Shown here one piece after another: positions 26,073 through 38,930 of a stretch of 64,000 bases of DNA. A model generated the notes under the pieces. It had not been told where the DNA came from and did not search any database. It saw nothing but the letters and a program-made list of their open reading frames with translations. The translations under genes were made by a program, and so were the position numbers. This DNA comes from Chrysomallon squamiferum (lineage: Eukaryota > Animalia > Mollusca). The stretch covers positions 16,182,001-16,246,000 of the forward strand of contig CM022670.1 in the NCBI GenBank assembly GCA_012295275.1, in the 5' to 3' direction. Each line of letters begins with the position of its first letter. The first letter of the stretch is position 1.

Positions 26073-26961
26073 CACAAAATGTGTTAGAAACTAAAGCAAC
26101 TGGCATTAATTCAAGAATCTTGATGAGGAAACTCAGAGGATGGGCTATTTTCTTTGGCAGCAAACAGGTGAAGTAATTATAACTGAAAGAATCACAACAC
26201 AGGAAACGATACTAAAATAATTCTCAAAGATTTCACTTTTATATAAATAACCAAACTTTTAATTCCATACTGGAAGATTTCTCATTGTAAATTACTACCT
26301 GTGCATAATCACACTTGGGTTATTTACTGAAGATCAAGTCAAACCACTGTGTCACAATAAAATAACTGATTTCACACAACCACATTGACTTGTTTTCTGC
26401 CTGTTTTGTTTACTTTGTATAACATTCCTGTTGAAAACTCAAAAATATTTTTACAGCATGGCAACAACCTGTTGTACTTAAGTTAAAACCCAGTGCACTG
26501 TCTTACATCAGCACAACAATGTGGTGCAGACAGATGCAGCTACAATTTTTGTTTTCTTCTTTAAGAGCAATTTAAATTTTAAAAACAGGCAAATGAATGT
26601 ACAGCCTGCATTTTTATTTATTTTTTCAATATTCAAAGTATCTTTAAAATATAAAATATAAAAATTTGTCATTAAAACAGATACAGATATTCCAGTGTAT
26701 ACAAGAAATGAATGTAACCAGATGGTTGGATTTTTCTGAGATTTTTTCCCAATATTTATTTTAATTTGTTATTATATTTTTTTAAATGTCTTGGTTGTTG
26801 TTATTAATGGAACTTTTTGTCATACCCCCCAGATAACTATTTGAAGATATCACACAAATAAAATACTAATTTTGCTAGGCAAGTTTTAATTTTGAAAAGT
26901 ATATAAAGTTTGAATAAAAATTGCAGAGACCATTTTAAAATTTTTAAAATACATGACTTAC

Positions 26962-27376
26962 CTTCATGAGACAATTTTTTGTAGTCCGAGCTGGTGTTTT
27001 CAACTTTGTTTTTGACAGAACTTCTACTAAGATCACTGCTTCTATTGTAATCACTGCTTCGACTATAACCAATAGTTCTACTATAGTCAGCACTTCTGCT
27101 ATAGTCACTTCTACTGTAGTCAGACTTACTGTAATCACTAGCTCTACTATAGTCACTAGTTTTGCCATGGTCACTAGCTCTGCCATAGTCACTAGCTTTT
27201 GCCATAGTCACTAGTTTTCCCATAGTCACTAACCCTCCCATAGTCACTAGTTCGACTGTAGTTAGAAGGAAGACTATAGTTTGATGTGCGACTATAGTCA
27301 ATCTTACTATAGTCCACATAAGGCAAAGAATAACAGGAATAAGGCCTAGTTCTCCTGCTGGTACTCATAGTGGAAA
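26962..27376 (-). CDS. Gene 1 candidate alternative (cassette or first) exon encoding SDY[G/S][R/K] repeats; 1-nt frameshift at ~27197
   Basis: Strong donor GAAG|gtaagt (phase 1, matches exon 10); acceptor ttgcttcag|TT TCC ACT ATG (phase 1); ATG at 27368. Length is 415 nt = 3n+1, with the extra base in one 19-nt copy of an 18-nt repeat. Confidence 0.7.
27040..27320. repeat. 18/15-bp coding-type tandem repeat (ctatagtcactag...)
   Basis: About 15 units in multiples of 3; the minus strand reads (S)DYGRV/SDYGKT/SDYSRA. Confidence 0.9.
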
Positions 27377-27872
27377 CTGAAGCAATTAAACTGAAGCAAG
27401 ATCTTGGTGCAACTTTGTTGAGAAAACACACTTTCACTGTGTGATATTCAGCTAAATGTCAAATTATAACTCCTTTGTCAGAAATCAGTTAACCTTGCTT
27501 GCATTATGCAACAACCACTGACATTCACATTAACACTTGTTTGAGCAAATAAATCATCTCAAGATATTTCCATAATGTTATCCCTGAAATTTATAAACTC
27601 TAGTGGAATTTCACTTGTAAAAAGATTTTTTGTTTGTTTTTGTTTTCTATTTACATATCTTCGTTACATTATACACATATTTGTTTATCATCATCAGACA
27701 TCAGTATAAAAATGCAAACAAAGCAGTACATGTCTGATAATTCAAAAACAAATTAAATCAAAAACGTTTCAGTGATTCCCATTAATTGCAGCATGACGCT
27801 TGCCATGTAATGGTACCAAGTCCACAACATGAGAATATTCAGTTTCTGAATAAAGAAAGAAACTCTTTCAAG

Positions 27873-27906
<34 letters not shown>

Positions 27907-29294
27907 TATATCCTTTTTCCCCACACAGAATAATTAGCATAAATGAAGTGACCCAGAAAACACTCTAAACTGAGGATGACTTTTTCAAACTGATTTCTCT
28001 CTACTTCTCATAATATCATCCTGAACTGGAAAAGGGGAATGGCATGAAAAGGCTTATATTTGATATTTATTTTCAGCAATGGCATGGATGTAACAACAAC
28101 AACAGGCTGCAGTTATAAGACAGTTGTGAGGTAAACAACTAACACTGGTTGACAGTTTGCCAAACAAGTGGAGTATTCATTCCTTGTGGACTAGAATTCT
28201 ATGACACCCCCACCTAACATTTGGAATGTTCCAGCTGATCATTAGATGTCACCAGTTTGGTTCATCTAGAATTACGAAATAATTTGAAGACAAAAAAAAA
28301 AAAAAAAAAGAAGATTATTGTGTCTTCCTGTAGGCTTAGACTGGGAAATTTAATTTTTGGGATTTTTAAGATATAGAAAGAAAACAAAATAATAAATTGT
28401 TTTAAAAATTAGAAGAAATGCAAAATGAAGATGATTATACATTTTTAAACTGACAATATTAATAATTATCTGTAATAAAATTAGAATATTTTTAAAAATT
28501 CAGTATTGGAAATTTTCAAAGAATCTATATGTATGGTCTTATGTTAGTAATAAGTTAAACTGCTTTTTTATAAAAATCAAACATTCTGCCCAACATGTCA
28601 AAAGAAACCTGTAAGTACTTGCTTACTTAACAAACAAAAACACCACAGATTTAACAAAGCCAACATATTAATGACTGAGTTTGAGATATTAACAATGGTG
28701 TTAGAGAATTCAAATCTCAGTTTTAAGAAAGAAACGATATTAAATTTTAATGGAACTCAAGTTGCTATTATGGAAACACAAACTGAATTTAACAAAAGAT
28801 ATTATAAAATATACTGAGATCTGTGAATACAGTCAAACAATCAGATGATTTACTAAATCTGGGATCAGTTATCTTTTGAACATCATGGGACCAATTTTAC
28901 AAGCTGTTCAAAAGAATGCATGATATCCTGTTGTAAAAATCATCATTAAATCAAATATTGTTAAAAATGATTCAGTAAATCACTTTAATGTACTAAGAAA
29001 AATACTGAAAGAGAAAATCTACTGACAGAATGTTCATTTATGCTGGAAATGTTTGTAGAATGATAATTTCATGAAGTTGTTGCATGAAATATTTCAATTC
29101 TTGTCAAACATCTGTTAATCCAATTAACACTGGAAAATGTTTGCTAATATTTCAATATTTTTATATATCAGTTAATTCAGTAAATACATGAGGATTTACA
29201 GAAAATGTAACCAGACTTGTATTTTTTAAATTTTATATTAGTAACAAAGAATTTAATTTCAGTACTGACAGAACAAAGAGCACTCTCAACATAC

Positions 29295-29397
29295 CTATCT
29301 TGGATTCACTTTCTGATATCAGTTTCTGAGAATCCGGATCTTTGACATCACTGTCACCAAATATTATCCACAAAAGTGTCAAAAACAGAGAACTCAT
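29295..29397 (-). CDS. Gene 1 candidate alternative first coding exon (MSSLFLTLLWIIFGDSDVKDPDSQKLISESESKI)
   Basis: ATG in context atcATGa with an in-frame upstream TAA; 34 open codons +1 nt; donor TAG|gtatgt (phase 1, compatible with the downstream phase-1 acceptors). Confidence 0.5.
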
Positions 29398-30115
29398 GAT
29401 GACATTTACAGATTATTTTAAACAGAAAAAAAAAAAAAAAATTATCATTGGTATTTAAGATCTGTTTTTTTTTTTTTTTTTAATGGATGACATGAGATAA
29501 GACAAGATAAGAGAGAATGTCAGAAGTTTCTAATAAAACCAAATATGTTCCAGAGCAGTGACCTTTTTCAAGATTTCTTTTTTAACACAATTCTTATATC
29601 ATCCAGAAAGCAAAATGTTCAAGAAAGAGGAGGCCCTTTTCAGTATTGGCATTTGAAATAGTCTCAGATCTTCACCCATTTCTACAAATACTAACCACAG
29701 TTACCAGTTCCATTGCAATGAAGACATAAACTAATGATGTAGTTCTTGAAACACAGAAATTCACTTTTTTTGAATGGATGATTGCACTAGTGTATATACA
29801 CTTTGCACAACTTAATATTTCACTCATGTATCTTTTCCAAAGAAAATTATTGTCAAAGGGATTTGCAAAACCATAAATTTATATTTGTAAATGGATCCTA
29901 AACTCAAGTAATTTTTCAAAAGAAGATGAAACTTCTATAAATTTGTTGCTTTTGGAAGTACATTAAAGTGGACTTAAAATGCATTGTATTGGAACAAAAA
30001 CATGAACTTAAATAGTAAATGTATTACAACTAATTCTAACAAACAGTTCATGTTTCTATGACATATATTATATTCCACACTTAAATAATCCAAAATATCC
30101 ATTATATAATCCAAA

Positions 30116-30160
<45 letters not shown>

Positions 30161-31188
30161 CTAAAATAAATAAGCAGAAAAATCTCAATATCTCACAGAA
30201 TGTAATACGATTTATTAATCTATTCTGTGCATTTTTCAATTTAATATCCCACTGAGTGCCTCAGTATAACACATGGCATTGCGTGTTTTTGGCCATCTGT
30301 ATTAACAAAGGTATTGCTTACATTTGCAAAGGGTAAATGATCCACATTAAAAGCAGGGTGTCTAATGCAAATGGAAGAGATAGATAATATATATTTTTTA
30401 AGATAAACATCTTTCAGTTCAGTGACATATTCTTCAAAAAGTGAAACCACTGAACAACTACTTTCTCTTATTTCCATCAAACAACCACTGAATTGTTAAT
30501 TTCTGTTTAACTGTCAATTTAGTCATAAAATGTTTTTAAAAACTCTGCAATTTATTTAACATAATTAAATAACTGATTTTGAATATTAAAACTACTTACA
30601 TTCCTATTAGCCTTATATCTGTTTTTTTTTTTTTTTTTTAATGTTACTTTGATCATATTTCTGGAATAGATACAAAACTAATAAATTATTTAATTTAAAA
30701 AAAAAAATAAAGTAAAAGAACAATGGCATTAAGAAAAGAAAAAGCAAAAAAGAATTGCTTGCTGACATAGCTAGTATGTTAGGTCATGAAGTAATTTAAG
30801 AGAAACAGTATATGCAGTATTTCTTTAGTGCATTCAGTGCATAGTTTTCAAGCTTGTAACTGATTTCATTTGGCATTTTTAGATAGAAAAAGAAAAAAAA
30901 AAGAAAAAGTCCAAGACAACAAATTAAAATTAATGACCAAAAAAAAAAAAAAAAAAGAACAACAAGAATCAGAATCATAAAAAGTGGTTCAATTTCAGTT
31001 TTAAATAGTTTCAAGTATCTTTTAATTCATTAACTTATATTTTCAATTAATGCACTGAAAAATTATATTTCATTTAATCCTTAAAAATAACAGGGTTTGA
31101 AAACAGGATAACATCAGTATCATTTATAAAACTAAGTTAATTTCACTTTCATTTATTTCATCCTAAAATCTATGCAATTAACCAAAAC

Positions 31189-31230
<42 letters not shown>

Positions 31231-31542
31231 CTGATATGATTATAACTTCATCACTTCCATTGTGCTTTCTTTAGTTATGTAATTAAAACAAACAAAAAAT
31301 AATCTCTATTTTTTTTTCTTTCTTCATACATCAAAACAACGATAAGCCTCTCTATGTCTATAAAGCTAGAGTACTTGACAACAGGACGGGAATATAAAAC
31401 TAACAGTAAACTATCAAAGTTTACACAGTACAAGAGTTGTGAACACAGGCATGCTCAAAGCTCAGTCTGTCACCGCTTTTTGTCCATGCAAGGCTTAGCA
31501 GAAGGAAACGGAGGAGATGATTCCTAAAGTTACGTGACTTAC

Positions 31543-31647
31543 TAGCTGAGTGTTTTGTGGCTTTTTGCTCATCTTTCTTTGGACCTTCTATTTTAATTGC
31601 CACTGAAGATTTTTTTCTCCCTGGCTTTGAAAGAAATTTTCTTGGCA
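31543..31647 (-). CDS. Gene 1 exon 9 (MPRKFLSKPGRKKSSVAIKIEGPKKDEQKATKHSA), symmetric phase 1, possibly a cassette
   Basis: acttgtag| acceptor and A|gtaagt donor; 105 nt; basic composition like its neighbours. Confidence 0.78.
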
Positions 31648-31890
31648 CTACAAGTCAAATATGGAACATTTTGTTTTGGTAAAATGTCATACACCACATA
31701 ATTTCATTACTTTTATTAGTTATTTTCTGACATTCTTTCGTTATCTGTTGCAGAATTAAATGTATTTTTAAATTAATGTTTAAGCATAATATTTCATGTA
31801 CTTTTTCCCTATCACTACCCCACCTATATGTATATATTTAATTTAAAAAAACAAAACAATCTATGGATGGATTATTATTTTTAAATAGTT

Positions 31891-31926
<36 letters not shown>

Positions 31927-32300
31927 TTAATAAAATATTTTGACTAATTCTATATATTAAAATGTTAATAACAAAGCTGTTAAAGAACAATGCATTAGTA
32001 CAAAACATTTTATTTCAGCTATGGACTTCACTGGCATATTTCAATATTTAGTTAAAAATTAACAGGCATCCCCAGACTTTTTTTTAAACTTAATACAATT
32101 CACATGCACATGTTCCAGATGATTAGAGAGACATGCATGATTAATACAAACAGTTTTGAAATGTTCTTACTTAAATCAATGTGTCATGGATATTGTTAGA
32201 TATAATTTGATTACTGGAGGTGGTTGGTTTTGAAGAATAATAATTAAATTTATTTATTTTACTTGTTTTTTATTCTGTTTTTACTTTATTTATTTATTTA

Positions 32301-32370
<70 letters not shown>

Positions 32371-33028
32371 TTCTTTTGGGGATTTTTTTTTTAATTAAAT
32401 AACTTACTGAATAACTATTTTATGTATTACTGTATTCTGAATTAATTGTTTGAACTGAACGAAGCACAGTAAACCCTTGTTTTAACAGATCTCAATACAA
32501 ATTGTTTTAGATTAAGTGGACAAAATTTTTGCAGACTTGTTTTGATAGGCCTGACACAAGTTCTGTAGTTCTCCTGGAACCATGGACCTGTAACTCATAG
32601 GGTGTTTGACAAGCAGTGATTGGTGAAGCTCAGTATGTTAGCATACCTCATCTAGTACACACATCTTGTGTCTATGCTTGTTTAGTGATCAGAGCTGTTA
32701 ACTTTCCACAATACAAATTTAAAAAACACAAACACCACTTTTTGCTGGTTTACCACAAAATTTCTGTCAGCAAGCAAGCAAAAAGCACCTCTCCTTCCAT
32801 GCATTACTTTTTATCTTTTGAAAAATGCCAGTTTATTCTTCATCACTACTACTGATTACAATTAAAAACATATAATGTAATGTTTTAGATTTTCAGCATA
32901 CCCATTCCATTGACTGTCCATTAAATCAAGGGTCTACTGAATGTTTTTTAACTTTGATAAGCAAAATAACAGATATACTTCAGTGATTTCTAAAAGTGTA
33001 CAATACAGTCATAGACACAGGTACTTAC

Positions 33029-33134
33029 TGGGTGGTGGAATGGAGCTCTTCACATCACTGAACCGTTTTGATTTATCTGCCCTTTGTTTGTCTCCCTTTT
33101 TATTGTTCTTCTCATTTTGTGCTTTCACAGACAC
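33029..33134 (-). CDS. Gene 1 exon 8 (VSVKAQNEKNNKKGDKQRADKSKRFSDVKSSIPPP)
   Basis: gatacag| acceptor and A|gtaagt donor; 106 nt, phase 0 to 1; contains SxIP (SSIP). Confidence 0.87.
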
Positions 33135-33437
33135 CTGTATCACAAAAAGAAGCATGTTTAAATATATACATATATATGTAAATTACAATCTAATAATCTC
33201 TTTCAATGGACAAGAGTATTTTAAAAATAAATATATAATAAAAAAAAAAATTAGTTAAATATCAAGGAATATCTAAAGTTAATACACAGGTTATAAATTA
33301 GTAAAATAAACAATAAAAGAAAACATTATTACACAAAGTAACTAAATACTTTCTTTAACATTGTATAAACATTACTAGTGTAAATAAAATATGTAGTAGG
33401 TTTTGTTAGTTTGGTGTAAAAGAACAATGTAACAAAC

Positions 33438-33505
33438 CTGAGAAACGTCACTGCAGGAACTGGCCGCACTTGGATGTTTTGATCTCACCTGACTCAGAGA
33501 ATTTC
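33438..33505 (-). CDS. Gene 1 exon 7 (RNSLSQVRSKHPSAASSCSDVSQ)
   Basis: ttttaacaag| acceptor and CAG|gtttgt donor; 68 nt, phase 1 to 0; bridges exons 6 and 8 in frame. Confidence 0.8.
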
Positions 33506-34829
33506 CTTGTTAAAAAGAAAGTGTATTTATTATTAACTCACAAAAATAGACTTAACGAGGAATTTTTATTAGCTGAAACTAATAACTAATTCAAATAATG
33601 CTCAGAACAGGAACTAAAATTGTGATATTTTGGAGGTATGTTTTTCAATTCAATGACTTATAATCAAGAGCAATAAACTAAACAAAAACTTTAAAATTGT
33701 TTATTCTTCACACTAAATAAGATATGCTAACACAAAGCATGATTTTTAAAGTTGAATAATTATATAAATAAAAAAATTAAAAAAATGAATATTGATTAAC
33801 ACATTAAATGTATCTATATATTAAACAGTGACAAGCAAGTGACATTGCTTAAACATTTTTGACCCAGGGATAATGAAAATATATGTTACCAGACTGCTTG
33901 ATTCTTATATTAATATGCAACAAATGTGAGAACTACATATTTGACAGATTTACATACAAAATAGCAACAGCTGTCTGCCAGGCAATATTGATACAAAAAT
34001 AAACAGATGTGTCGCACAATGCAAAATATTTGAGAATTAACCCACAAAACAAGATCTTCATTGAACATTAATATATTATAATAATCCTTTTTTTTTTTTC
34101 TCCAAAAGTTTTACAATTACAGAAAGTAAAAATGTTGACAGTGTAAAATTTAGAAAACCACGTTGAACAAGATGAGCTGGATGAGAAGAGTTTGGTGTCT
34201 GTGTGGTTCACACTGACCTCTGTGTGTTGCATATTGTGAAATCAATTGTGAATGCTTAAACAGTATGAAAGCAGACTAAACAGAAAATCAATAGTGCAAC
34301 ATTCCTACTGGATCAAAAGGAAATTGATGTCAAGAACAGACAATGAATGAAATACTATACAGAGGTTGTAAATGAAAAGCTGCTTCATTATTACATCAAA
34401 AGACTGTTTACAACCATGTGTGTGTGTGTGTGCGTCTGTGTGTGTATGTGTGTGTATGTGTGTATAATTGTGTGTCTCTGTATATAACAATCATTTATCT
34501 ATTAACTAAAAAGAAGAAGACTGCCAGATTAGAATGATTTAGTCATCTTCCAAAATTAAAATAGCATTGCCCCCCTTTTTTACAGCCATTCCCTTCACCA
34601 ACATGCACCAGACAATATGTTTTTATTGCTGTAGAATTTTATATTGAAATCTGCCCTCACCAGTGGATGGGTCTAACACTATACAACAGCCAAGCTGAAA
34701 TTTTTAGTCATTACAAAGTGACAATGACCATGCTAATAACTGCAATTTTATTGGCAAAAACGTATTACTACATTATTACAAACATTAAATGTGGATAAAA
34801 TACTTCTAAAGTAGCATCTGGTTTGGCAG

Positions 34830-34860
<31 letters not shown>

Positions 34861-34924
34861 ATCACAATCATATGTTTTGAATCAGTGACTATCCATATAG
34901 ACTGATCTTGAAGAATCTATGTCT

Positions 34925-34963
<39 letters not shown>

Positions 34964-35082
34964 TGTGTGCATAATTGTTTTGATTCAAGAAAGCCCAGTG
35001 ACTATCTATACAGTTTGATCTTTAAGAATCTGTGTGTATGTGTTTTTGTATATGGTATATATATCTGGGTGTGTATATATAC

Positions 35083-35120
<38 letters not shown>

Positions 35121-35261
35121 TCACAGTGTTTTGTCTTTTAACAGAATCAAGCAAGCCCAAAGACTACCTATACAGTTTGATCTTGAAGAATCTTTGTGTA
35201 TGTTTGTATGTGATATATGTATGGTGTATGTGTATGTGTATATTCAATACATGTGTGTGGA

Positions 35262-35293
<32 letters not shown>

Positions 35294-35320
35294 TGTGTTG
35301 TATGTGTGTGTGTGTGGTAA
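34830..35320. repeat. Composite repeat: (GT)n tracts alternating with a ~35-bp unique core, 3 copies
   Basis: The core gacta.c.ata.ag.(t/c)tgatctt.aagaatct occurs at ~34888, ~35000 and ~35162, each between (GT)n runs. Confidence 0.85.
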
Positions 35321-35513
35321 ATAAACAATGCTAAACACTATGATTATAATACACTGTTAAGACTACTGTATGTTAACTGAGAGTGTGTTTGTGTGTGTGG
35401 TCATGAACAATATAAAACATGATGACTGTTACACAGCTGTTAAGACCAGAGCAACTTAACTAACAAAGACATATTGAGTAATGTAAAACACTTATGACTG
35501 TAGTTGTACTTAC

Positions 35514-36561
35514 TGGGTGTTTGAGACTTTGACCTCTGAGGGGAGCTGTCTGAGACATTCTCACTGAGGTCTGTGTGACTAGTTCTGGCTGAGCTCACCG
35601 CTGAGTTTGCTGTCTCTGACAAGTTCCCCACTGACTGACATTTTCCAGACTTAGACGAATTCTTTTTCTTCGCATCTGCAGGTGACAGCTCCCTTTTGAG
35701 ATTCACCACTGGAGTTATATTCAGCTTACTTTTCACATTGCTGAAGTCAGGTTTAGGGGTTTGAATCAGTTTTGACCTCGGCTTCGACTCTTTTTGTGAT
35801 TCTTTTTCTTTCCTTGAAGTATTGTGAGTCGATGTGTTCGATATATTAAAAATATCAAGCTTGCTTTTTATTTCACTTTTCGGTTTCGGTTTGTAAGGGA
35901 TTTCTTTGCTTGCTTCTATTTTTGACATAATATTCCCCCATTTGCTCTTTGGAGTCGACTTTTTTATTTTGGGGATCTCTTTTTCCACCACTATCCTGTT
36001 GTGCTTGTTCTCAGAATTATTATCCTTCTTTTCTGTCTCCTTTTCTGAAGATTTCCCAGCAGTGGATTTTTTATTGTCACCCAGTCTCTTATTCAGAATG
36101 TTTTTCTTATTCTTCGCTTCATTCTCCTTGTCCTCTGGCGGTTTCGCGGGTGCTGCCTTTATATAGTCTGCTAATGACGACCTCACTTTGCTCAGATTTA
36201 TCTTTTTGTGTTCAATTTTTTCCGGCATTTTCTTCTTCACGTTTGAAGTCTTTTTGCTCTCTGTGTTTTTGTCTTTGACAGAATCGTGCACCACTTCCAC
36301 ATAACCAACATTAGCACTGGGTTTTTGATTTTTTGAATTGTTAATTTTGTTGACCTTTTCAACATGTTCACTCTGACTAGAATCTGTGTGTTTGTCGCTA
36401 GGAATCGGTTCTCTTTCAATGACGGAACCGTTTGACACAGACAGGCTGCTGCTTTCTGAAGAAACATCGAACGTTCCGTTTAATGCACTTGTTATAATTT
36501 CACTTTCTTTCACAGCGGTTGGCAAAGTCTTGTCTCCCATCTCAGCCTGATGTTCTTCAAC
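35514..36561 (-). CDS. Gene 1 exon 6: Lys/Ser-rich basic region (putative microtubule-binding)
   Basis: 380-aa ORF trimmed to ttcaaaaag|GTT GAA and CCC A|gtaagt; 1048 nt, phase 0 to 1. Confidence 0.92.
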
Positions 36562-37230
36562 CTTTTTGAAAATAATAAACATACCTGTATTATGTATTTG
36601 TTAATATGTGTGTGTTTGTCCATATTTGTGTTTGTCTATGTCTGTGAGTGTGTGTGTGTGTGATACAAATACTAATGTATATTTATACAGGTATGTATAT
36701 GTATGTATGTTTATAGATTTGTATATATATATGTATGTGCACAACTTTACTTTAGCAGTGGATATGGCTAGCAAAGTACAACATACCTGATTCTCATATC
36801 GTCTTGTATTTATTCAAACATATTTGTAATTGTGTTTGCATGTCATCGGATTAAAATTACATGAAATTTATCTACTGATATTATTCTGTCAGTGTAACTT
36901 CTCCATCATGTGTGACTGAAACAGCTGAACTACAGTTGTATCATATTTATTGAAAGATACACTCAGTAGCTGATATTTGAGATTAACATTCAACGCTTAA
37001 ATTTTTTAGTTCAGGAGAATAAAATTCCTTGAAAATTTCTTTTTTTTTTTTAAAGTACAAGAACAATAAAACCTTAAGCTAATGAATATCAGTCTGTTAA
37101 GTATTTCATTGTTTGAATAAAAATTTAAATGGTTTGATGAAGTATACGTGCAATATAAGAGAAATGTGAAGTTTAAATCTGTTATTATCTATTAGAAATA
37201 TTAAATGATTAGTAATGTGTTTATTCTTAC

Positions 37231-37321
37231 CAGTGTTGTGTCACAGGAAATCCTGTCTTCTTGGAGGTTTCCATCACCTCTAATTTCACTTTTCACTACA
37301 CAAGCTGAATCTACATCTTCC
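37231..37321 (-). CDS. Gene 1 exon 5 (REDVDSACVVKSEIRGDGNLQEDRISCDTTL)
   Basis: ctttgtag| acceptor and CTG|gtaaga donor; 91 nt, phase 2 to 0. Confidence 0.85.
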
Positions 37322-37638
37322 CTACAAAGATTTATTTTAAAACTAAATAACAAATATAAAATCATTTTCCAGACATTTCATATGAAGACATTTTTATCTG
37401 AACATGCTGTTTTAAATATGATTAAAAACGTTATACCACTGAAAACAAAACATTTCATGACTTAAAACCTCAATTTTAATCAAATGATTGTTTATGTCAA
37501 GGGGAGATAAGTGCAAACTGCTTCAATGACTTTTAAGATATTCTCTTTAAGTGGATTTAACACATTTGACTGGTTTTCATAGAGCAAAGGAAGTTGGCCA
37601 TATTAACAACTGATTTTAGTTTATCAAGCTCATTTTAC

Positions 37639-37750
37639 CTGTTTTCTTCATCTGTCTCTCCGTCTGTCTGTCTGTCTGTCTCCTGCAGTGTTTCAACATC
37701 CAAGTCTCCCTCCACAGTCAGAATCTGTCCCATCATTAAAACTTCATCCG
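37639..37750 (-). CDS. Gene 1 exon 4 (ADEVLMMGQILTVEGDLDVETLQETDRQTDGETDEEN)
   Basis: atttgaag| acceptor and AG|gtaaaa donor; 112 nt, phase 1 to 2. Confidence 0.82.
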
Positions 37751-37984
37751 CTTCAAATTAAATCATGTTAATATTTACTTTAGGTAAAACCTATATGTCT
37801 GCTTTACTTATTTATCTACATTTTTATTTTTTATTTTTTTGTTATTATTTTTAAGTGACAAAAAATCTAAATAAAACTAATGGAAAAAAAAATGCACACA
37901 CACACACACACACACATCTAGAAACATACATGGAAAAGAAGATTTTAATTAATAACAAATGGTATGGCCAAAAAAAACAATTGT

Positions 37985-38250
37985 CTCAAATATAAAAACT
38001 GTATTTCTGTGCTAACAGTATAAAAATACCTTTATCTACATTGTTAAATAATTGTCTAAATATAAAAACTGTATTTCTGTAACAACATCATAAAAATACC
38101 TTTATCAACATGCTTTAATAATATGCTAAATATAAAATGTTATTTCTGTACTATCAGTATAAAGTTACCTTTATCTACATGTTTAAATAACTGTCTAAAC
38201 ATAAAGACAAACAATATAAAAACTATATTTCTGTACTAACAGTATAAAAA
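37985..38250. repeat. Minisatellite, ~68-70 bp unit, ~4 copies
   Basis: aaatataaaaactgtatttctgt.ctaacagtataaaaatacctttatctaca recurs at ~37988, 38058, 38128 and 38213. Confidence 0.88.
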
Positions 38251-38268
38251 CACATGAGTCTGTCTCAC

Positions 38269-38394
38269 CCTTAGCTATATGTTCAAATAATTCAGTATAT
38301 TCTGTTGGCTTTTCGTAAACATCAGTCTGAATTTCTGTCCAGTCCAGTGGAGAATTGGTTGTCAAAGTTCCTGTATCAGAGTCAGGACAATAGC
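38269..38394 (-). CDS. Gene 1 exon 3 (GYCPDSDTGTLTTNSPLDWTEIQTDVYEKPTEYTELFEHIAK)
   Basis: ctcacag| acceptor and G|gtgaga donor; 126 nt, phase 1 to 1. Confidence 0.9.
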
Positions 38395-38669
38395 CTGTGA
38401 GATAAAAACATTTAAATATCCTAAACCGATTTCAGAAAACATATCAAGCAACAGTATCATTATATATTCACTGTAGATGAATGACAGTTATAACATATGG
38501 CTTGTATTTACTGGGTAACTAAATTAAATATTAATAGGTTTTTTTATGTTTTATTTACTATGTCATACTTGTATTTACCTGTAACTTATTTGGGGGATAT
38601 AAAACATTTAAAGAAAATAATAAAAAAAACAAAAACAAAAAAAAAACACATTCTGATTTTGAAATTATG

Positions 38670-38930
38670 CAGTCTTTAATAATATTTTCACTGAAAATAT
38701 TATTTTATATATGCTACTAAATTCCTTTCACAAAGTATATTATGGAAGCTTTAACAGTATTTTTATTTGAAATAAAAAATTCATGCACAAATAAGTTCCT
38801 TATGCAAGCTTCAATAATATTTTCATACATGCAAATAAAGTTCCCTATTCAAGCAAATTATGCAAGCTTTAATAATATTTTCATTGAGAAAACAGTTCAT
38901 ATACATAAATAAAATTCCTTTTGAGCAAAC
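38670..38930. repeat. Degenerate ~60-75 bp local repeat
   Basis: (gcaag)ctt(t/c)aataatattttca recurs at ~38674, 38748, 38808 and 38866. Confidence 0.65.

Noticed and set aside
27377-27392. Upstream AG 14 nt before the repeat-exon acceptor that would restore a 3n length (429 nt)
   Set aside because: The phase-1 reading gives an immediate TAA, so it does not rescue the frameshift.
34218-34275. Possible extra exon (tttag|...AG|gtcagt) between exons 6 and 7
   Set aside because: Open only from phase 0, but exon 6 ends in phase 1; the phase-1 reading hits TAA.
35906-36278. Plus-strand ORFs opposite large exons (also 41289-42197 and 61632-63651)
   Set aside because: Antisense shadows of the minus-strand coding exons.
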